A stretch of 37,461 bases of DNA from Chlorobiota bacterium (GCA_013153655.1 JAADEB010000050.1:1-37461), one strand, 5' to 3'. Positions 16,335 through 26,061 are shown, numbered from the stretch's first letter. Notes: generated from the sequence alone by a model not told the origin. Program-made: numbers and translations.

Positions 16335-16372
16335 AAAAGGCCGTCTCGAAAAATGGGAGACGGCCTTTTTTT
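16335..16372. terminator. bidirectional Rho-independent terminator (tRNA-Arg and convergent LRR gene)
   Basis: AAAA-GGCCGTCTC (16339-16347) pairs with GAGACGGCC (16357-16365) around a 9-nt loop and is followed by TTTTTTT. The A-run and T-run flanks allow it to work in both orientations. Confidence 0.85.
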
Positions 16373-16388
16373 CGTTCCATTCCAAAGG

Positions 16389-18533
16389 TTATTCTATCAA
16401 CACCTTCCGGGTAGCGGTATTGCCTTGCCGGTCTTGAAGCTTCAAGAAATAGATGCCGGGAACGAATCCTTCCGTGGACAAAACGCGCGATCCTTCGATG
16501 ATACCTTGTTCCAACACCTTGCCGTCGGGATTATACCATTGGTAGGTTCCTTCATCCAAACCTTCCACATATATCGAATTTTTCGCCGGATTGGGATAAA
16601 TCTTTATCCCGTCCATGAATGCGCCGGCCACAAACACCGCATCACACTGGTTTTGATCGGCCACAAAATGAGAAGTGGAATCTATGGCTTGGGAATAATG
16701 CTGCTCCCACCATGCCGGTTCGTCCACAAAAATACAGGTCAAATCCGGACAATTCCGGCCGTTAAATTCCATTAATGCACTCCCGTCCACATGATACATG
16801 AATACATTGGATAGTGAATCGTTATGGGAAAAATCAATCCTTCTCAGCATGGTATTGTGACTCAAATCCAGTGATTGCAATTGTGTACGGCTTGCATAAA
16901 TCCATTGCAAGGAAGGATTGGTGGACAAATCGATTTGTCTTATGGGATTGCCGCTTATCGTCACTTCAAACAAACCCGTTTGGTGGGTTAAATCCAAAGA
17001 AGTCAAGCGGTTGTTTCGAACCCCGATCCGGTATAAACGGGTCAACCGGCTTATATCCAGCGTGTCGATCCTATTATTTCCCACAAACAAATAAACAAGC
17101 CTATTATTATTTTGTAAATTCAATGAATCAATCAGGTTATTATAGCAAGATAGATAAAATAATGCGGGATTTTGGGATATATCAAGGGAAGTAATTTGAT
17201 TTTGCCATATCACCAGCCTTTGCAAGTTGGGATTCCTGCGCGTATCCAAGGCGCTCAGTTGATTATTGTAAGCACGTAAATCTTGAAGAAAATATTGATG
17301 AGAAACATCGATGGAATCCAATTGGTTGGAAGCCACATTCAATTGGCTAAGTGCATAAAAATCCTCGATTCCCGTCAAGTCCGAAATACCTCTTCCGGAA
17401 ACATCCAGTGCGGTTACCGTGTCGATGGCCAATGTGGGTACCCTGTGATCCTGCGGAATATCGTCATAGGGGGACAAGGCCGCTTCGAACAAAGAATCCG
17501 GTATGGCCGTGTAGGTGGTATCCGTGGTATATAAAACCACATTGTCCAACCACAGCAAGCCGGGTTGGGTATCATAGGGCGTTCCGGAAATCCGCCAAAT
17601 TAGGCGGTGCGAAGTTCGCGGATCGAATTGCCATTCAAAATGGCGCCAACAGGTGGAGGTATCTTCGTCAAAAACGGCCACCCCCACGCTATCCACCAAG
17701 AACCGCATATATTTATGGGTTTCGGAAGTGTATTTTATGTCAAAGGCCACCTTAACGGCATTTTGTACGTCCCAAACGATGCTTGCTTCCTCATGTACGG
17801 GCGCTTCGGCATGAAGCGACATAAAAGATTGCGTTGCATCATCGGATGTTACTTCCCACAGGGACGGGTTTCCGATGATCTGCCAGTCCGGCGGCATTTG
17901 TCCGTCTTCGAATCCATGTCGAACAATGCCGTGAATTTCCGCTTCACGGTCAACGGGTTGTGCATTTTCCAGCATCACCTCACGCAGGACAAAAAAAGAG
18001 CGGTTGCCTCCGTAATTATCGTTAAAACCGATGATAATATCGGTGGAAGCCAACAAATCCCAACGCCGGCTAACGGAATAATCCCTTTGATAGATAACTT
18101 GTCCGCCGTTGTAAGCATAATTATGCTTGGCAATCCGGAAATGTGCCGTAGAATCGGATGAATGGAAAGACAGGCTGATATACAAAGTATCCCCGTGCCT
18201 AAAGCCTTGCATCTGACGGATATTGGCAGCCCCGGCCACTACACTGCTGCCGGCATAAAAATTGGCATAATCCCAGGGCAAGAAAATCAAACTAATGGAA
18301 AGGCGCGCATCATGCGTTAGATCAAAAAACGATTTGGAATGAATATTGGCGCCAATACGATTACCGGAACCGTAAACATACAAGCCGTTGGATTCCTGCC
18401 GGACTTGGCCGCATTGCATATTATCCCATTCACCCGTAGTAGGAGGAATGAAAATGGTGTCGGATTGAGCATATAGAATACCGCTAAAAATCCAAAGAAA
18501 CACCATGAACGGATAAAGATGAGTGGTTTTCAT
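16389..18533 (-). CDS. secreted leucine-rich-repeat protein with T9SS C-terminal sorting domain
   Basis: The ATG at 18533 gives the signal peptide MKTTHLYPFMVFLWIFSGILYAQS. The upstream GTG at 18551 would lie inside the -7 box. An uncharacterised N-terminal region of about 345 aa is followed by about ten 21-22-aa LRR units of the xLxxLDxSxNxxLxxL type (nt about 16797-17420). The C-terminal IKIYPNPAKNSIYVEG...GIYFLKLQDRQGNTATRKVLIE (nt about 16392-16616) is a typical Por secretion tail. Confidence 0.85.
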   Translation of the reverse strand: MKTTHLYPFMVFLWIFSGILYAQSDTIFIPPTTGEWDNMQCGQVRQESNGLYVYGSGNRIGANIHSKSFFDLTHDARLSISLIFLPWDYANFYAGSSVVAGAANIRQMQGFRHGDTLYISLSFHSSDSTAHFRIAKHNYAYNGGQVIYQRDYSVSRRWDLLASTDIIIGFNDNYGGNRSFFVLREVMLENAQPVDREAEIHGIVRHGFEDGQMPPDWQIIGNPSLWEVTSDDATQSFMSLHAEAPVHEEASIVWDVQNAVKVAFDIKYTSETHKYMRFLVDSVGVAVFDEDTSTCWRHFEWQFDPRTSHRLIWRISGTPYDTQPGLLWLDNVVLYTTDTTYTAIPDSLFEAALSPYDDIPQDHRVPTLAIDTVTALDVSGRGISDLTGIEDFYALSQLNVASNQLDSIDVSHQYFLQDLRAYNNQLSALDTRRNPNLQRLVIWQNQITSLDISQNPALFYLSCYNNLIDSLNLQNNNRLVYLFVGNNRIDTLDISRLTRLYRIGVRNNRLTSLDLTHQTGLFEVTISGNPIRQIDLSTNPSLQWIYASRTQLQSLDLSHNTMLRRIDFSHNDSLSNVFMYHVDGSALMEFNGRNCPDLTCIFVDEPAWWEQHYSQAIDSTSHFVADQNQCDAVFVAGAFMDGIKIYPNPAKNSIYVEGLDEGTYQWYNPDGKVLEQGIIEGSRVLSTEGFVPGIYFLKLQDRQGNTATRKVLIE

Positions 18534-18550
18534 AAGGCTAAGGTTTTTCA

Positions 18551-18558
18551 CAAAATTA
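18551..18558 (-). promoter_or_regulatory. Bacteroidota-type -7 box for LRR gene
   Basis: The plus-strand CAAAATTA reads TAATTTTG on the minus strand, 18 nt upstream of the ATG at 18533. Confidence 0.45.
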
Positions 18559-18691
18559 AACCCCTACACCATTATCCGCAAGTATATTATTAATTAAAAA
18601 GATGACAAAAATCAAATGTAAATGAAATTTTTGAAATTCATTGAATTTTTTATAACCATCCATCCCGCTACCAAAACCCGCAAAAGACTAT

Positions 18692-18729
18692 AAAAAAACC
18701 CAACGGACTTCCGGGGAAATTCCGTTGGG
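18692..18729 (-). terminator. Rho-independent terminator of DUF937 gene
   Basis: On the minus strand, the stem CCCAACGGA ... TCCGTTGGG (18699-18707 / 18721-18729) is followed by U7 (A-run 18692-18698). It lies 38 nt after the stop. Confidence 0.8.
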
Positions 18730-18766
18730 AAATTTCATAAAGGTCAAAAATGGAAAAATTCTTTTC

Positions 18767-19363
18767 CTATTTGCCGAAAAACTTACGTCCCATATTGAAC
18801 AGGTCGTCGATGATGCTGCCGTCGCCGTCTTGATCCAAGAGGCGTTCCATGAGGCTGGCGTGCTGGGCGGCTTCCTGATGGCTACCCAAAACATTACCGA
18901 TGATGTTGGACAAATCGGTGGGTTGCTGCACTTGGGTGCTGCGGGCTTGTTTGCCCAAATAACCCATTACCACCGGCGCGGCCATTTTGAGGATATCCAT
19001 AGCCGATCCCAGGTCCAATCCGGTTTGTTTGGCCAATGCCGTGGCGGCCACTTCTTTTTTCTCTCCGAAAACGTGACCCAAAATTTTGTCACCGTCTTCC
19101 ACCACTTCTTCATTTACAGATCCGCCTCCGAAAATATCCATAACGTTATCCAACAAACTTCCGTCGTGCTTGTTCATCAATGCTTCGAACAATCCCGTTG
19201 CTTTGTCGGGGTCCGAAGCGTTTTTCTTTAATGCGCCCATCAACATGGGAATCGCGGCTTGTAACGCGGATTGCGACAAAGATTTGTCTTTGCCCAATTG
19301 CGAACTAACTCCTTCGGCCACCATTTGGCCTACGGGTCCTTGAAGTAAATCCATTAAATCCAT
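18767..19363 (-). CDS. DUF937 domain-containing protein
   Basis: The 198-aa product reads MDLMDLLQGPVGQMVAEGVSSQLG...AIPMLMGALKKNA...LLDQDGDGSIIDDLFNMGRKFFGK, an organisation typical of DUF937 proteins. Confidence 0.75.
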   Translation of the reverse strand: MDLMDLLQGPVGQMVAEGVSSQLGKDKSLSQSALQAAIPMLMGALKKNASDPDKATGLFEALMNKHDGSLLDNVMDIFGGGSVNEEVVEDGDKILGHVFGEKKEVAATALAKQTGLDLGSAMDILKMAAPVVMGYLGKQARSTQVQQPTDLSNIIGNVLGSHQEAAQHASLMERLLDQDGDGSIIDDLFNMGRKFFGK

Positions 19364-19388
19364 AGTAAAATATTTATTTGGTTTTGTT

Positions 19389-19396
19389 CAAATATA
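19389..19396 (-). promoter_or_regulatory. Bacteroidota-type -7 box for DUF937 gene
   Basis: The plus-strand CAAATATA reads TATATTTG on the minus strand, 26 nt upstream of the ATG at 19363. Confidence 0.45.
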
Positions 19397-19453
19397 ATGA
19401 AAATCTTTAAAATTAATTTTCATTCGTATGTAATCAAAACACGTGCCACAGAC

Positions 19454-19488
19454 AAAAAAAGAAAACCGCCTCAAATCCGGGCGGTTTT
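19454..19488 (-). terminator. Rho-independent terminator of eno
   Basis: On the minus strand the sequence reads AAAACCGCC-CGGATTTGA-GGCGGTTTT followed by CTTTTTTTG. It lies 24 nt after the enolase stop. Confidence 0.8.
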
Positions 19489-19511
19489 CCAAATTTATGA
19501 TTCAAAGAATT

Positions 19512-20804
19512 TTACATCTTATGCTTAAAGGCTTTAAGACCTGGATACACACCCATGGGATCCAAATATTCCTCGATTCGAAGCAATTGATTGTATTTGG
19601 CCATCCGGTCGGTACGCGAAAGGGAACCTGTTTTGATTTGGCCGGTATTCAAGGCAACGGCCAAATCCGAAATGGTGGTATCTTCGGTCTCACCCGAACG
19701 GTGGGAAATAATGGCGGCATAGCCGGCCTTGTGGGCCATATTGATGGCTTCGATGGTTTCGGTAAGGGTACCTATTTGGTTCAATTTGATCAAAATGGCG
19801 TTGGCAATACCTTCGCGAATACCTTTTTCCAGGATTTTGGTATTGGTCACGAAAACGTCGTCGCCCACCAACTGAACTTGTTTACCCAAACGTTCGGTGA
19901 GCATTTTCCAGCCTTCCCAATCGTCTTCGGCCATGCCGTCTTCAATGGAAATAATGGGATATTTGGATACCAACTGGGCCAGATAAGCCACTTGATCGCC
20001 GGGGGAAAGTTTCATGCCTTTGTCACCTTCGAAAATGGTGTAGTCGTAAACGCCGTTTTTATAAAATTCCGAAGCGGCCACGTCCAAAGCCAGGAAAAAG
20101 TCTTCACCGGGCTTGTAACCTTGTGCTTTGATGGCTTCCAGAATGGTTTCGATGGCATCCTCGGTACCGTCGAAAGCCGGCGCAAATCCTCCTTCATCGC
20201 CCACGGAGGTGGTCAGGCCGCGTCGTTTCAAAATCTTTTTGAGCGTATGGAAGACCTCGGTGGCCATTTGCATGGCATGCGAAAAACTCTCGGCACCGGC
20301 CGGCACAATCATAAATTCCTGAAATGCGATGGGCGCATCGGAATGGGAACCGCCGTTAACGATGTTCATCATAGGCACGGGCAATGTGCGTGCACCCACG
20401 CCTCCCATGTATTGGTAAAGATGCAATCCCAACTCGTCGGCCGCCGCTTTGGCCACGGCCAGGGAAACACCCAGAATGGCATTGGCACCCAATTTGGATT
20501 TATTTTCCGTGCCGTCCAGATCCAACATCACTTGGTCGATGAGTACTTGATCATATACATGAGCTCCGGTAAGGGCCGGTGCAATGAATTTCTGTACGTT
20601 TTCCACGGCTTTGAGCACCGATTTTCCATGAAATTCCTCGAATCCGTCGCGCAATTCCAAGGCTTCCTTGCTACCGGTGGATGCACCCGAAGGCACGGCG
20701 GCACGTCCGAAACCGCCCAAGTCGGTCCATACTTCCACTTCCACGGTGGGATTTCCCCGCGAATCGAAAATCTGACGGGCATGAATTTTTTCTATTTTTC
20801 CCAT
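19512..20804 (-). CDS. eno: enolase (phosphopyruvate hydratase)
   Basis: The 430-aa product reads [25 protein letters not shown]...[18 protein letters not shown]..., a canonical enolase sequence. Confidence 0.97.
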   Translation of the reverse strand: MGKIEKIHARQIFDSRGNPTVEVEVWTDLGGFGRAAVPSGASTGSKEALELRDGFEEFHGKSVLKAVENVQKFIAPALTGAHVYDQVLIDQVMLDLDGTENKSKLGANAILGVSLAVAKAAADELGLHLYQYMGGVGARTLPVPMMNIVNGGSHSDAPIAFQEFMIVPAGAESFSHAMQMATEVFHTLKKILKRRGLTTSVGDEGGFAPAFDGTEDAIETILEAIKAQGYKPGEDFFLALDVAASEFYKNGVYDYTIFEGDKGMKLSPGDQVAYLAQLVSKYPIISIEDGMAEDDWEGWKMLTERLGKQVQLVGDDVFVTNTKILEKGIREGIANAILIKLNQIGTLTETIEAINMAHKAGYAAIISHRSGETEDTTISDLAVALNTGQIKTGSLSRTDRMAKYNQLLRIEEYLDPMGVYPGLKAFKHKM

Positions 20805-20905
20805 TGTTCAAAATTTTTTGGGGACAATATATCATATAAAAGAAAAAAACCACCTGTTGAAAGGCAGTTTTTTTCATGAATTTTCGAGGGACGACCGAAG
20901 AAGGA

Positions 20906-21430
20906 TTATTCCTTTGTTTCTTCGGCGTTACCCTTATCGCCGGATTCTTCACCGGCTTGATCCTGCACGTCTTGATTTTGTTGGGGTGCTTCCTGTACGC
21001 CTTGATCCTGTGCTTTGGATTTGCGGCGTCGGCGGCGTGTTTTCTTGGCCGGCTTACCGGAAGTGTAGGTGGTGTTGTAATCCACAAACTCGATGAGGGC
21101 CATTTCGGCATTGTCACCGAGGCGGTTACCGAGTTTGATGATACGCAAATAACCTCCCGGACGATCGGCCACTTTTTCGGAAATATTGCGGAACAATTCC
21201 GTGACCGAATGTTTATTGTTCAAGGCGCGGAACACCATACGTCGGTTGTGCATGGTGTCTTCCTTGGAGCGCGTTACCAACGGTTCCAGGAACATACGCA
21301 ATGCTTTGGCCTTGGCCAGCGTGGTATGAATCCGTTTATGCTCGATCAACGAATTGGCCATATTGCGCAACATCGCCTTACGATGTCCGGCCTTCCGTCC
21401 CAAATGATTAAATTTCTTTCTGTGTCTCAT
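20906..21430 (-). CDS. rplQ: 50S ribosomal protein L17 (with charged C-terminal extension)
   Basis: The product begins [45 protein letters not shown]. It is the last gene of the alpha operon. A C-terminal tail of about 50 aa is rich in K/R, then Q/E/D. Confidence 0.95.
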   Translation of the reverse strand: MRHRKKFNHLGRKAGHRKAMLRNMANSLIEHKRIHTTLAKAKALRMFLEPLVTRSKEDTMHNRRMVFRALNNKHSVTELFRNISEKVADRPGGYLRIIKLGNRLGDNAEMALIEFVDYNTTYTSGKPAKKTRRRRRKSKAQDQGVQEAPQQNQDVQDQAGEESGDKGNAEETKE

Positions 21431-21451
21431 AATTTTCGTTTCTTAAATTCC

Positions 21452-22447
21452 TTAATCCAATTTGTATTTAGACAAATCCATTCCGAAAGTCAAACCCATT
21501 TCTTCCACTACCTTTTCCAAATCCTTCATGGATTTTTGTCCGAAGTTGCGCAATTTCAGCAAATCGCTTTTGTTGTATTGTACCAAATCGCCCAAAGTAT
21601 GGATATCCGCACCGGTCAGGCAATTGCGCGTACGGATATTGAGTTTCAGGTCGTCGATTTTGGTTTTCAAGAGCTTGCGCATGGAGAGGGATTCCTCGTT
21701 GCCTTCATCTTCCAACTCTTGGTCGTCGTCTTCGGACAAAAGGATTTTCTCGTCGGAGAAGAGGATGAAATGCTGAATCAGAATTTTGGCCGATTCGGTC
21801 AAGGCTTCGCGGGGCGTAATGGATCCGTCGGTTTCCACATCCAAAATCAGTCGTTCGTAGTCGGTCTTTTGTCCCACACGGAAATTCTCAACCGAATATT
21901 TCACATGTTTGACCGGTGTGTGAATCGAGTCCATAAAAATGGTTCCCAGGGGCACGTCTTTCTTTTTATTTTCTTCCACCGTCACATATCCCCTACCCTT
22001 TTCGATGGTAATGGTCATGTCCAGTTTCACGTTGCCGTCGGTGGTCATCAAATGCAAATCCGGGTTGAGGATTTCAAAATGGGAGATGAATTTTTGCAAA
22101 TCTCCGGCTTTGATTTCCTTTTGGTTTTCCAATTTGATGCGTACTTTTTCCGAATCCACTCCTTCGGCTTTGCTTTTGAAGCGGATTTGTTTCAGGTTGA
22201 GCACGATGCGCGTTACGTCTTCAATCACGCCGGGAATGGTGCTGAATTCGTGTTCCACTCCCATGATGCGCAAAGACGTGATGGCATAACCTTCCAGCGA
22301 TGACAGCAATACACGCCGCAGGGCGTTGCCTATGGTCAAACCAAAGCCGGGCTCCAAGGGTTTGAATTCGAAAGTGCCTTTGTTGCCTTGGGCATCGAGT
22401 TGGGTAACTTTATCCGGTCTTTGAAAATCTTTAATTAATTCAGCCAT
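21452..22447 (-). CDS. rpoA: DNA-directed RNA polymerase subunit alpha
   Basis: The 331-aa product reads [27 protein letters not shown], with a C-terminal domain [21 protein letters not shown]. Confidence 0.97.
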   Translation of the reverse strand: MAELIKDFQRPDKVTQLDAQGNKGTFEFKPLEPGFGLTIGNALRRVLLSSLEGYAITSLRIMGVEHEFSTIPGVIEDVTRIVLNLKQIRFKSKAEGVDSEKVRIKLENQKEIKAGDLQKFISHFEILNPDLHLMTTDGNVKLDMTITIEKGRGYVTVEENKKKDVPLGTIFMDSIHTPVKHVKYSVENFRVGQKTDYERLILDVETDGSITPREALTESAKILIQHFILFSDEKILLSEDDDQELEDEGNEESLSMRKLLKTKIDDLKLNIRTRNCLTGADIHTLGDLVQYNKSDLLKLRNFGQKSMKDLEKVVEEMGLTFGMDLSKYKLD

Positions 22448-22469
22448 TGTCGAATGTTTAATTTAATGA

Positions 22470-23075
22470 TTACTTGGAGTACAATTCCACGATCAGGTGT
22501 TCCTCGATGTTTTCGGGAATCTGAACGCGTTCGGGGCGGGAGACGAAAACGCCTTCCATTTTTTCGGGATTCCAGGAAAGCCATTCGTAGTTGTTGGCAT
22601 TGTTTTTCAAGCTTTCCTGAATGGCCTGTAAGGATTTGGATTTTTCGCGCACACCTACGGTATCGCCGGGGCGAAGGGTGTAGGACGGAATGTTGACCAC
22701 CTTACCGTTTACCGTAATGTGGCGGTGCGAAACCAATTGGCGTGCCGCACGGCGCGTAGGCGCAATACCCAGGCGGTAAACCACGTTGTCCAGGCGCGAT
22801 TCCAAAAGTTGAAGCAACACCTCACCGGTATTTCCACCGGCACGGGCGGCTTCGTTGAACAGGTTCTTAAATTGTTTTTCGAGAATGCCGTAAATAAATT
22901 TGGCCTTCATTTTTTCATCCAATTGGATGGCATATTGCGAACGCTTGCGGCGCTTACGCATCAAACCGTGTTGTCCGGGCGGATATTTACGCCGCTCGAA
23001 ATATTTGTCGGGGCCGAAAAGCGGCTCGCCGAAACGTCGCGAAATTTTGGTTTTAGGTCCTCTATATCTTGCCAT
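22470..23075 (-). CDS. rpsD: 30S ribosomal protein S4
   Basis: The product begins [20 protein letters not shown] and is 201 aa. Its operon position fits. Confidence 0.97.
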   Translation of the reverse strand: MARYRGPKTKISRRFGEPLFGPDKYFERRKYPPGQHGLMRKRRKRSQYAIQLDEKMKAKFIYGILEKQFKNLFNEAARAGGNTGEVLLQLLESRLDNVVYRLGIAPTRRAARQLVSHRHITVNGKVVNIPSYTLRPGDTVGVREKSKSLQAIQESLKNNANNYEWLSWNPEKMEGVFVSRPERVQIPENIEEHLIVELYSK

Positions 23076-23099
23076 ATTTCCTCTGCTTAATGGTTATGA

Positions 23100-23483
23100 T
23101 TATACTCTTCGTCGTTTGGGCGGACGGCATCCGTTGTGCGGAATGGGTGTTACGTCCACGATTTCAATTACTTCGATACCATTGTTGTGAATGGTACGTA
23201 TGGCCGACTCGCGGCCGTTTCCGGGGCCTTTCACAAACACGCGTACCCGGCGCAAACCGGCTTCATATGCCGTCTTGGCTGCATCTTCGGCCGCCACTTG
23301 GGCCGCATAAGGCGTGTTCTTCTTCGAACCCTTGAATCCCATCTTCCCGGCCGACGACCAGGATATCACTTCCCCTTTGTTATTGGTCAACGATATGATA
23401 ACGTTATTAAAAGTGGCCTGGATATGGGCTTGACCCACCGGTTCCACTTTTACTTTACGTTTCTTTGCACTCGATTTTGCCAT
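23100..23483 (-). CDS. rpsK: 30S ribosomal protein S11
   Basis: The 127-aa product reads [28 protein letters not shown]...[16 protein letters not shown]. Confidence 0.97.
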   Translation of the reverse strand: MAKSSAKKRKVKVEPVGQAHIQATFNNVIISLTNNKGEVISWSSAGKMGFKGSKKNTPYAAQVAAEDAAKTAYEAGLRRVRVFVKGPGNGRESAIRTIHNNGIEVIEIVDVTPIPHNGCRPPKRRRV

Positions 23484-23508
23484 AATTCTCCTATAATTTA
23501 TCTAATGA

Positions 23509-23883
23509 TTACTTGGTTGCTTTTTTCTTGTTGGCAACGGTCTTACGCTTACCTTTGCGCGTACGCGAATTGTTTTTGGTCTTTTGACCCCTCAGGGGCA
23601 ATCCCAAACGGTGGCGAATACCGCGATAACTGCCGATATCCATCAACCGCTTGATGTTCATTTGTACTTCGGAACGCAAGGCACCTTCGATTTTGTAATC
23701 GGCGATGGCCTTACGGATGGCTGCGATGTCGTGATCATCCCAGTCTTTAACTTTCTTATCTTCGTCAACGCCGGCTTTATCCAAAATTTCTTTGGCCCGG
23801 CTGCGACCTACACCGTAAATGTAGGTAAGGGCTATCACACCCCTTTTGTTTTTAGGTAAATCGACTCCTGCTATACGTGCCAT
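23509..23883 (-). CDS. rpsM: 30S ribosomal protein S13
   Basis: The product begins [26 protein letters not shown] and is 124 aa. Confidence 0.97.
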   Translation of the reverse strand: MARIAGVDLPKNKRGVIALTYIYGVGRSRAKEILDKAGVDEDKKVKDWDDHDIAAIRKAIADYKIEGALRSEVQMNIKRLMDIGSYRGIRHRLGLPLRGQKTKNNSRTRKGKRKTVANKKKATK

Positions 23884-23885
23884 AA

Positions 23886-24002
23886 TTATCCTTGTCTTTG
23901 TTTGTGTTTAGGATTCTTTTTATTGATTACATAGATACGACCTTTGCGTCGTACGATTTTGTCTTCCGGACTGCGTTTTTTTACGGATGCTCTTACTTTC
24001 AT
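23886..24002 (-). CDS. rpmJ: 50S ribosomal protein L36 (cysteine-free form)
   Basis: Hand translation of the minus strand gives [38 protein letters not shown] (38 aa). It is below the ORF-track length cutoff and lies between infA and rpsM as expected. Confidence 0.93.
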   Translation of the reverse strand: MKVRASVKKRSPEDKIVRRKGRIYVINKKNPKHKQRQG

Positions 24003-24020
24003 TTTTTCTTGGTTTACGAA

Positions 24021-24236
24021 TTAATATCGATAAGTGATTCTTCCTTTGGTCAAATCATAAGGACTCAATTCCACCGCCACCCGGTCGCCGGGCAACAAAC
24101 GGATGTAATGCATCCGCATCTTTCCCGAAATGTGCGCCGTGACGATGTGTCCGTTCTCCAATTGCACACGAAACATGGCATTGGATAAGGCTTCGATGAT
24201 TTTGCCGTCAACTTTTATTGCTTTTTGTTTGGCCAT
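24021..24236 (-). CDS. infA: translation initiation factor IF-1
   Basis: The product reads [53 protein letters not shown] and is 71 aa. Confidence 0.97.
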   Translation of the reverse strand: MAKQKAIKVDGKIIEALSNAMFRVQLENGHIVTAHISGKMRMHYIRLLPGDRVAVELSPYDLTKGRITYRY

Positions 24237-24254
24237 AATGCTTCGTGTCTTGGA

Positions 24255-25589
24255 TTAAAATCTTCTTCTTCTACCCGATTTCATCAATTGGTCATATTGC
24301 CTGTTAAGCAAGTAGGCTTCTACCTGCTGAATGGTGTCGATGGCCACCCCTACCATAATCAGCAAGGACGTACCACCGTAGAACATGGCCCAACTTACCT
24401 GCATACGGAAAATATAATATACAAAGATGGGCAAAATGGCAATCAATGCCAAAAAGATGGAACCCGGCAAGGTGATCTTGGACAAAATATCATCCAAATA
24501 CTCGGCGGTTTGCGTACCCGGTTTGATGCCGGGAATAAAACCTCCGTTACGTTTCAGGTCCTCGGCAATTTGGTTGGTCTGAACCGTAATGGCCGTATAA
24601 AAATACGTAAACAGAATAACCATGATGCCGAAAATCACGTTGTACCAAGGGCTGAACATATTACCCAAGGTGGCTTGAATGGCTTTGGCCCATTCCGAAT
24701 CCGAGAAAGAAACAATCATACCCGGAATAAACATAATGGCTTGGGCGAAGATGATAGGCATCACGCCGGCCGCATTCAATTTCAAAGGAATGTATTGGCG
24801 CGAACCGAAAATGTTTTTCTCGAATCCGCCGCCGGTGGTCCTACGGGCATATTGCACCGGAACCGGACGGTAGGCTTTCACCAGGTAAACGGTCAAAGCG
24901 ATAACGCCGAGCCAAACAATCACTTCGAATAACATCAGCATCAATCCGCCGGTTTGTTGTTCCACACGGTTGGTCAATTCCTGCAAAAAGGCCTGCGGCA
25001 TACGGGCCAAAATACCGATCATAATCAAAAGCGAAATACCGTTGCCGATACCTTTATCCGTGATTTTCTCACCCAGCCACATGGCAAAAATGGTACCCGT
25101 GGACAGAATGATGATCGATGCGGGAATAAACAAACTATCGGGCAACAGGAAAGCCGAACGCGGCAAAATGTTATGCAAATTGTACAAATATCCCGGTCCC
25201 TGAATCAAAGTGATGGCGATGGTCAGGTAGCGGGTGATTTGCGTGATTTTCTTACGTCCGCTTTCGCCTTGCTTCTGTAATTTCTGAATATAAGGAACGG
25301 CAATACCCATAAGTTGCACCACGATGGATGCCGAAATGTAGGGCATTACCCCCAAAGCCATAACCGATGCTTGCGAAAAGGCACCACCCGTAAATTGATT
25401 CAGCAAATCCAACAGCGGATTTCCCGTGGCTTGTTTGGTCAGGTTTTCCAATTGCGTGGGATCGATACCGGGCAAGGTAACTTGTGCACCGAAACGGTAA
25501 ACGATTATCAATCCCAAAGTGAAGATGATTTTCTGACGCAATTCCTTGATTTGCCAAATCGATTTTAAGGTTTCCCAGAGCTTGTTCAT
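24255..25589 (-). CDS. secY: preprotein translocase subunit SecY
   Basis: The 444-aa polytopic membrane protein lies between rplO and infA. Confidence 0.96.
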   Translation of the reverse strand: MNKLWETLKSIWQIKELRQKIIFTLGLIIVYRFGAQVTLPGIDPTQLENLTKQATGNPLLDLLNQFTGGAFSQASVMALGVMPYISASIVVQLMGIAVPYIQKLQKQGESGRKKITQITRYLTIAITLIQGPGYLYNLHNILPRSAFLLPDSLFIPASIIILSTGTIFAMWLGEKITDKGIGNGISLLIMIGILARMPQAFLQELTNRVEQQTGGLMLMLFEVIVWLGVIALTVYLVKAYRPVPVQYARRTTGGGFEKNIFGSRQYIPLKLNAAGVMPIIFAQAIMFIPGMIVSFSDSEWAKAIQATLGNMFSPWYNVIFGIMVILFTYFYTAITVQTNQIAEDLKRNGGFIPGIKPGTQTAEYLDDILSKITLPGSIFLALIAILPIFVYYIFRMQVSWAMFYGGTSLLIMVGVAIDTIQQVEAYLLNRQYDQLMKSGRRRRF

Positions 25590-25599
25590 CGGTTAGGTT

Positions 25600-26055
25600 T
25601 TAAATTAATTCCACTTTTCCTCCTGCCTTTTCCACGGCTTCCACGGCCTTTTTGGACGCTTTGTTGACGCGAATGGTTACGGGGGCTTTCAGTTCGCCTT
25701 TACCCAAGAGTTTTACCATTTCGGTTTTCTTGATAAATTTCATTTCATATAACATGTCCCAATCCAAGGTGTCCTTCACGATACCTTTGTCCACCCATTC
25801 CTGAACGGTGGCGAGGTTCAAGGGTACGTATTCCTTGCGGTTGACATTGGTAAAACCGAATTTGGGCACACGGCGATACAGGGGCATTTGGCCTCCTTCG
25901 AAGCCGGTGGTACGCGAATAACCCGAGCGCGATTTGGCGCCTTTGTGTCCGCGTCCGGAAGTGCCTCCTTTTTTCGAGCCTTCGCCGCGTCCGATACGTT
26001 TTTCTTTATGTACGGAACCTTCGGCCGGTTTAAGATTCGATAATAATTTGCTCAT
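25600..26055 (-). CDS. rplO: 50S ribosomal protein L15
   Basis: The 151-aa product reads LKPAEGSVHKEKRIGRGEGSKKGGTSGRGHKGAKSRSG. Confidence 0.96.
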   Translation of the reverse strand: MSKLLSNLKPAEGSVHKEKRIGRGEGSKKGGTSGRGHKGAKSRSGYSRTTGFEGGQMPLYRRVPKFGFTNVNRKEYVPLNLATVQEWVDKGIVKDTLDWDMLYEMKFIKKTEMVKLLGKGELKAPVTIRVNKASKKAVEAVEKAGGKVELI

Positions 26056-26061
26056 ATCCTC

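Noticed and set aside
16305-16775. 156-aa plus-strand ORF starting inside tRNA-Arg
   Set aside because: It begins within the tRNA, runs through the bidirectional terminator and lies antisense to the T9SS sorting domain of the LRR gene. It is spurious.
16797-17420. 63-66-nt periodicity in DNA that could be mistaken for a repeat array or CRISPR-like structure
   Set aside because: The periodicity is the nucleotide image of the 21-22-aa leucine-rich repeats of an intact ORF. The units are divergent, with no identical repeats and no spacers.
20848-20877. A7-CCAC-CTGTT-GAAA-GGCAG-T7 hairpin between rplQ and eno as a terminator
   Set aside because: The stem is 5 bp, and two of those pairs are G-U only in the plus-strand RNA. 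On the transcribed (minus) strand those positions become C-A mismatches. That is too weak to call, so rplQ-eno read-through is likely.
19443-20879. 478-aa ORF antisense to enolase
   Set aside because: The reasoning is the same: it fully overlaps the unmistakable eno frame and spans the eno terminator and promoter regions.
20876-22303. 475-aa ORF antisense to rplQ and rpoA
   Set aside because: It is a shadow ORF that crosses two real genes and their intergenic spacer.
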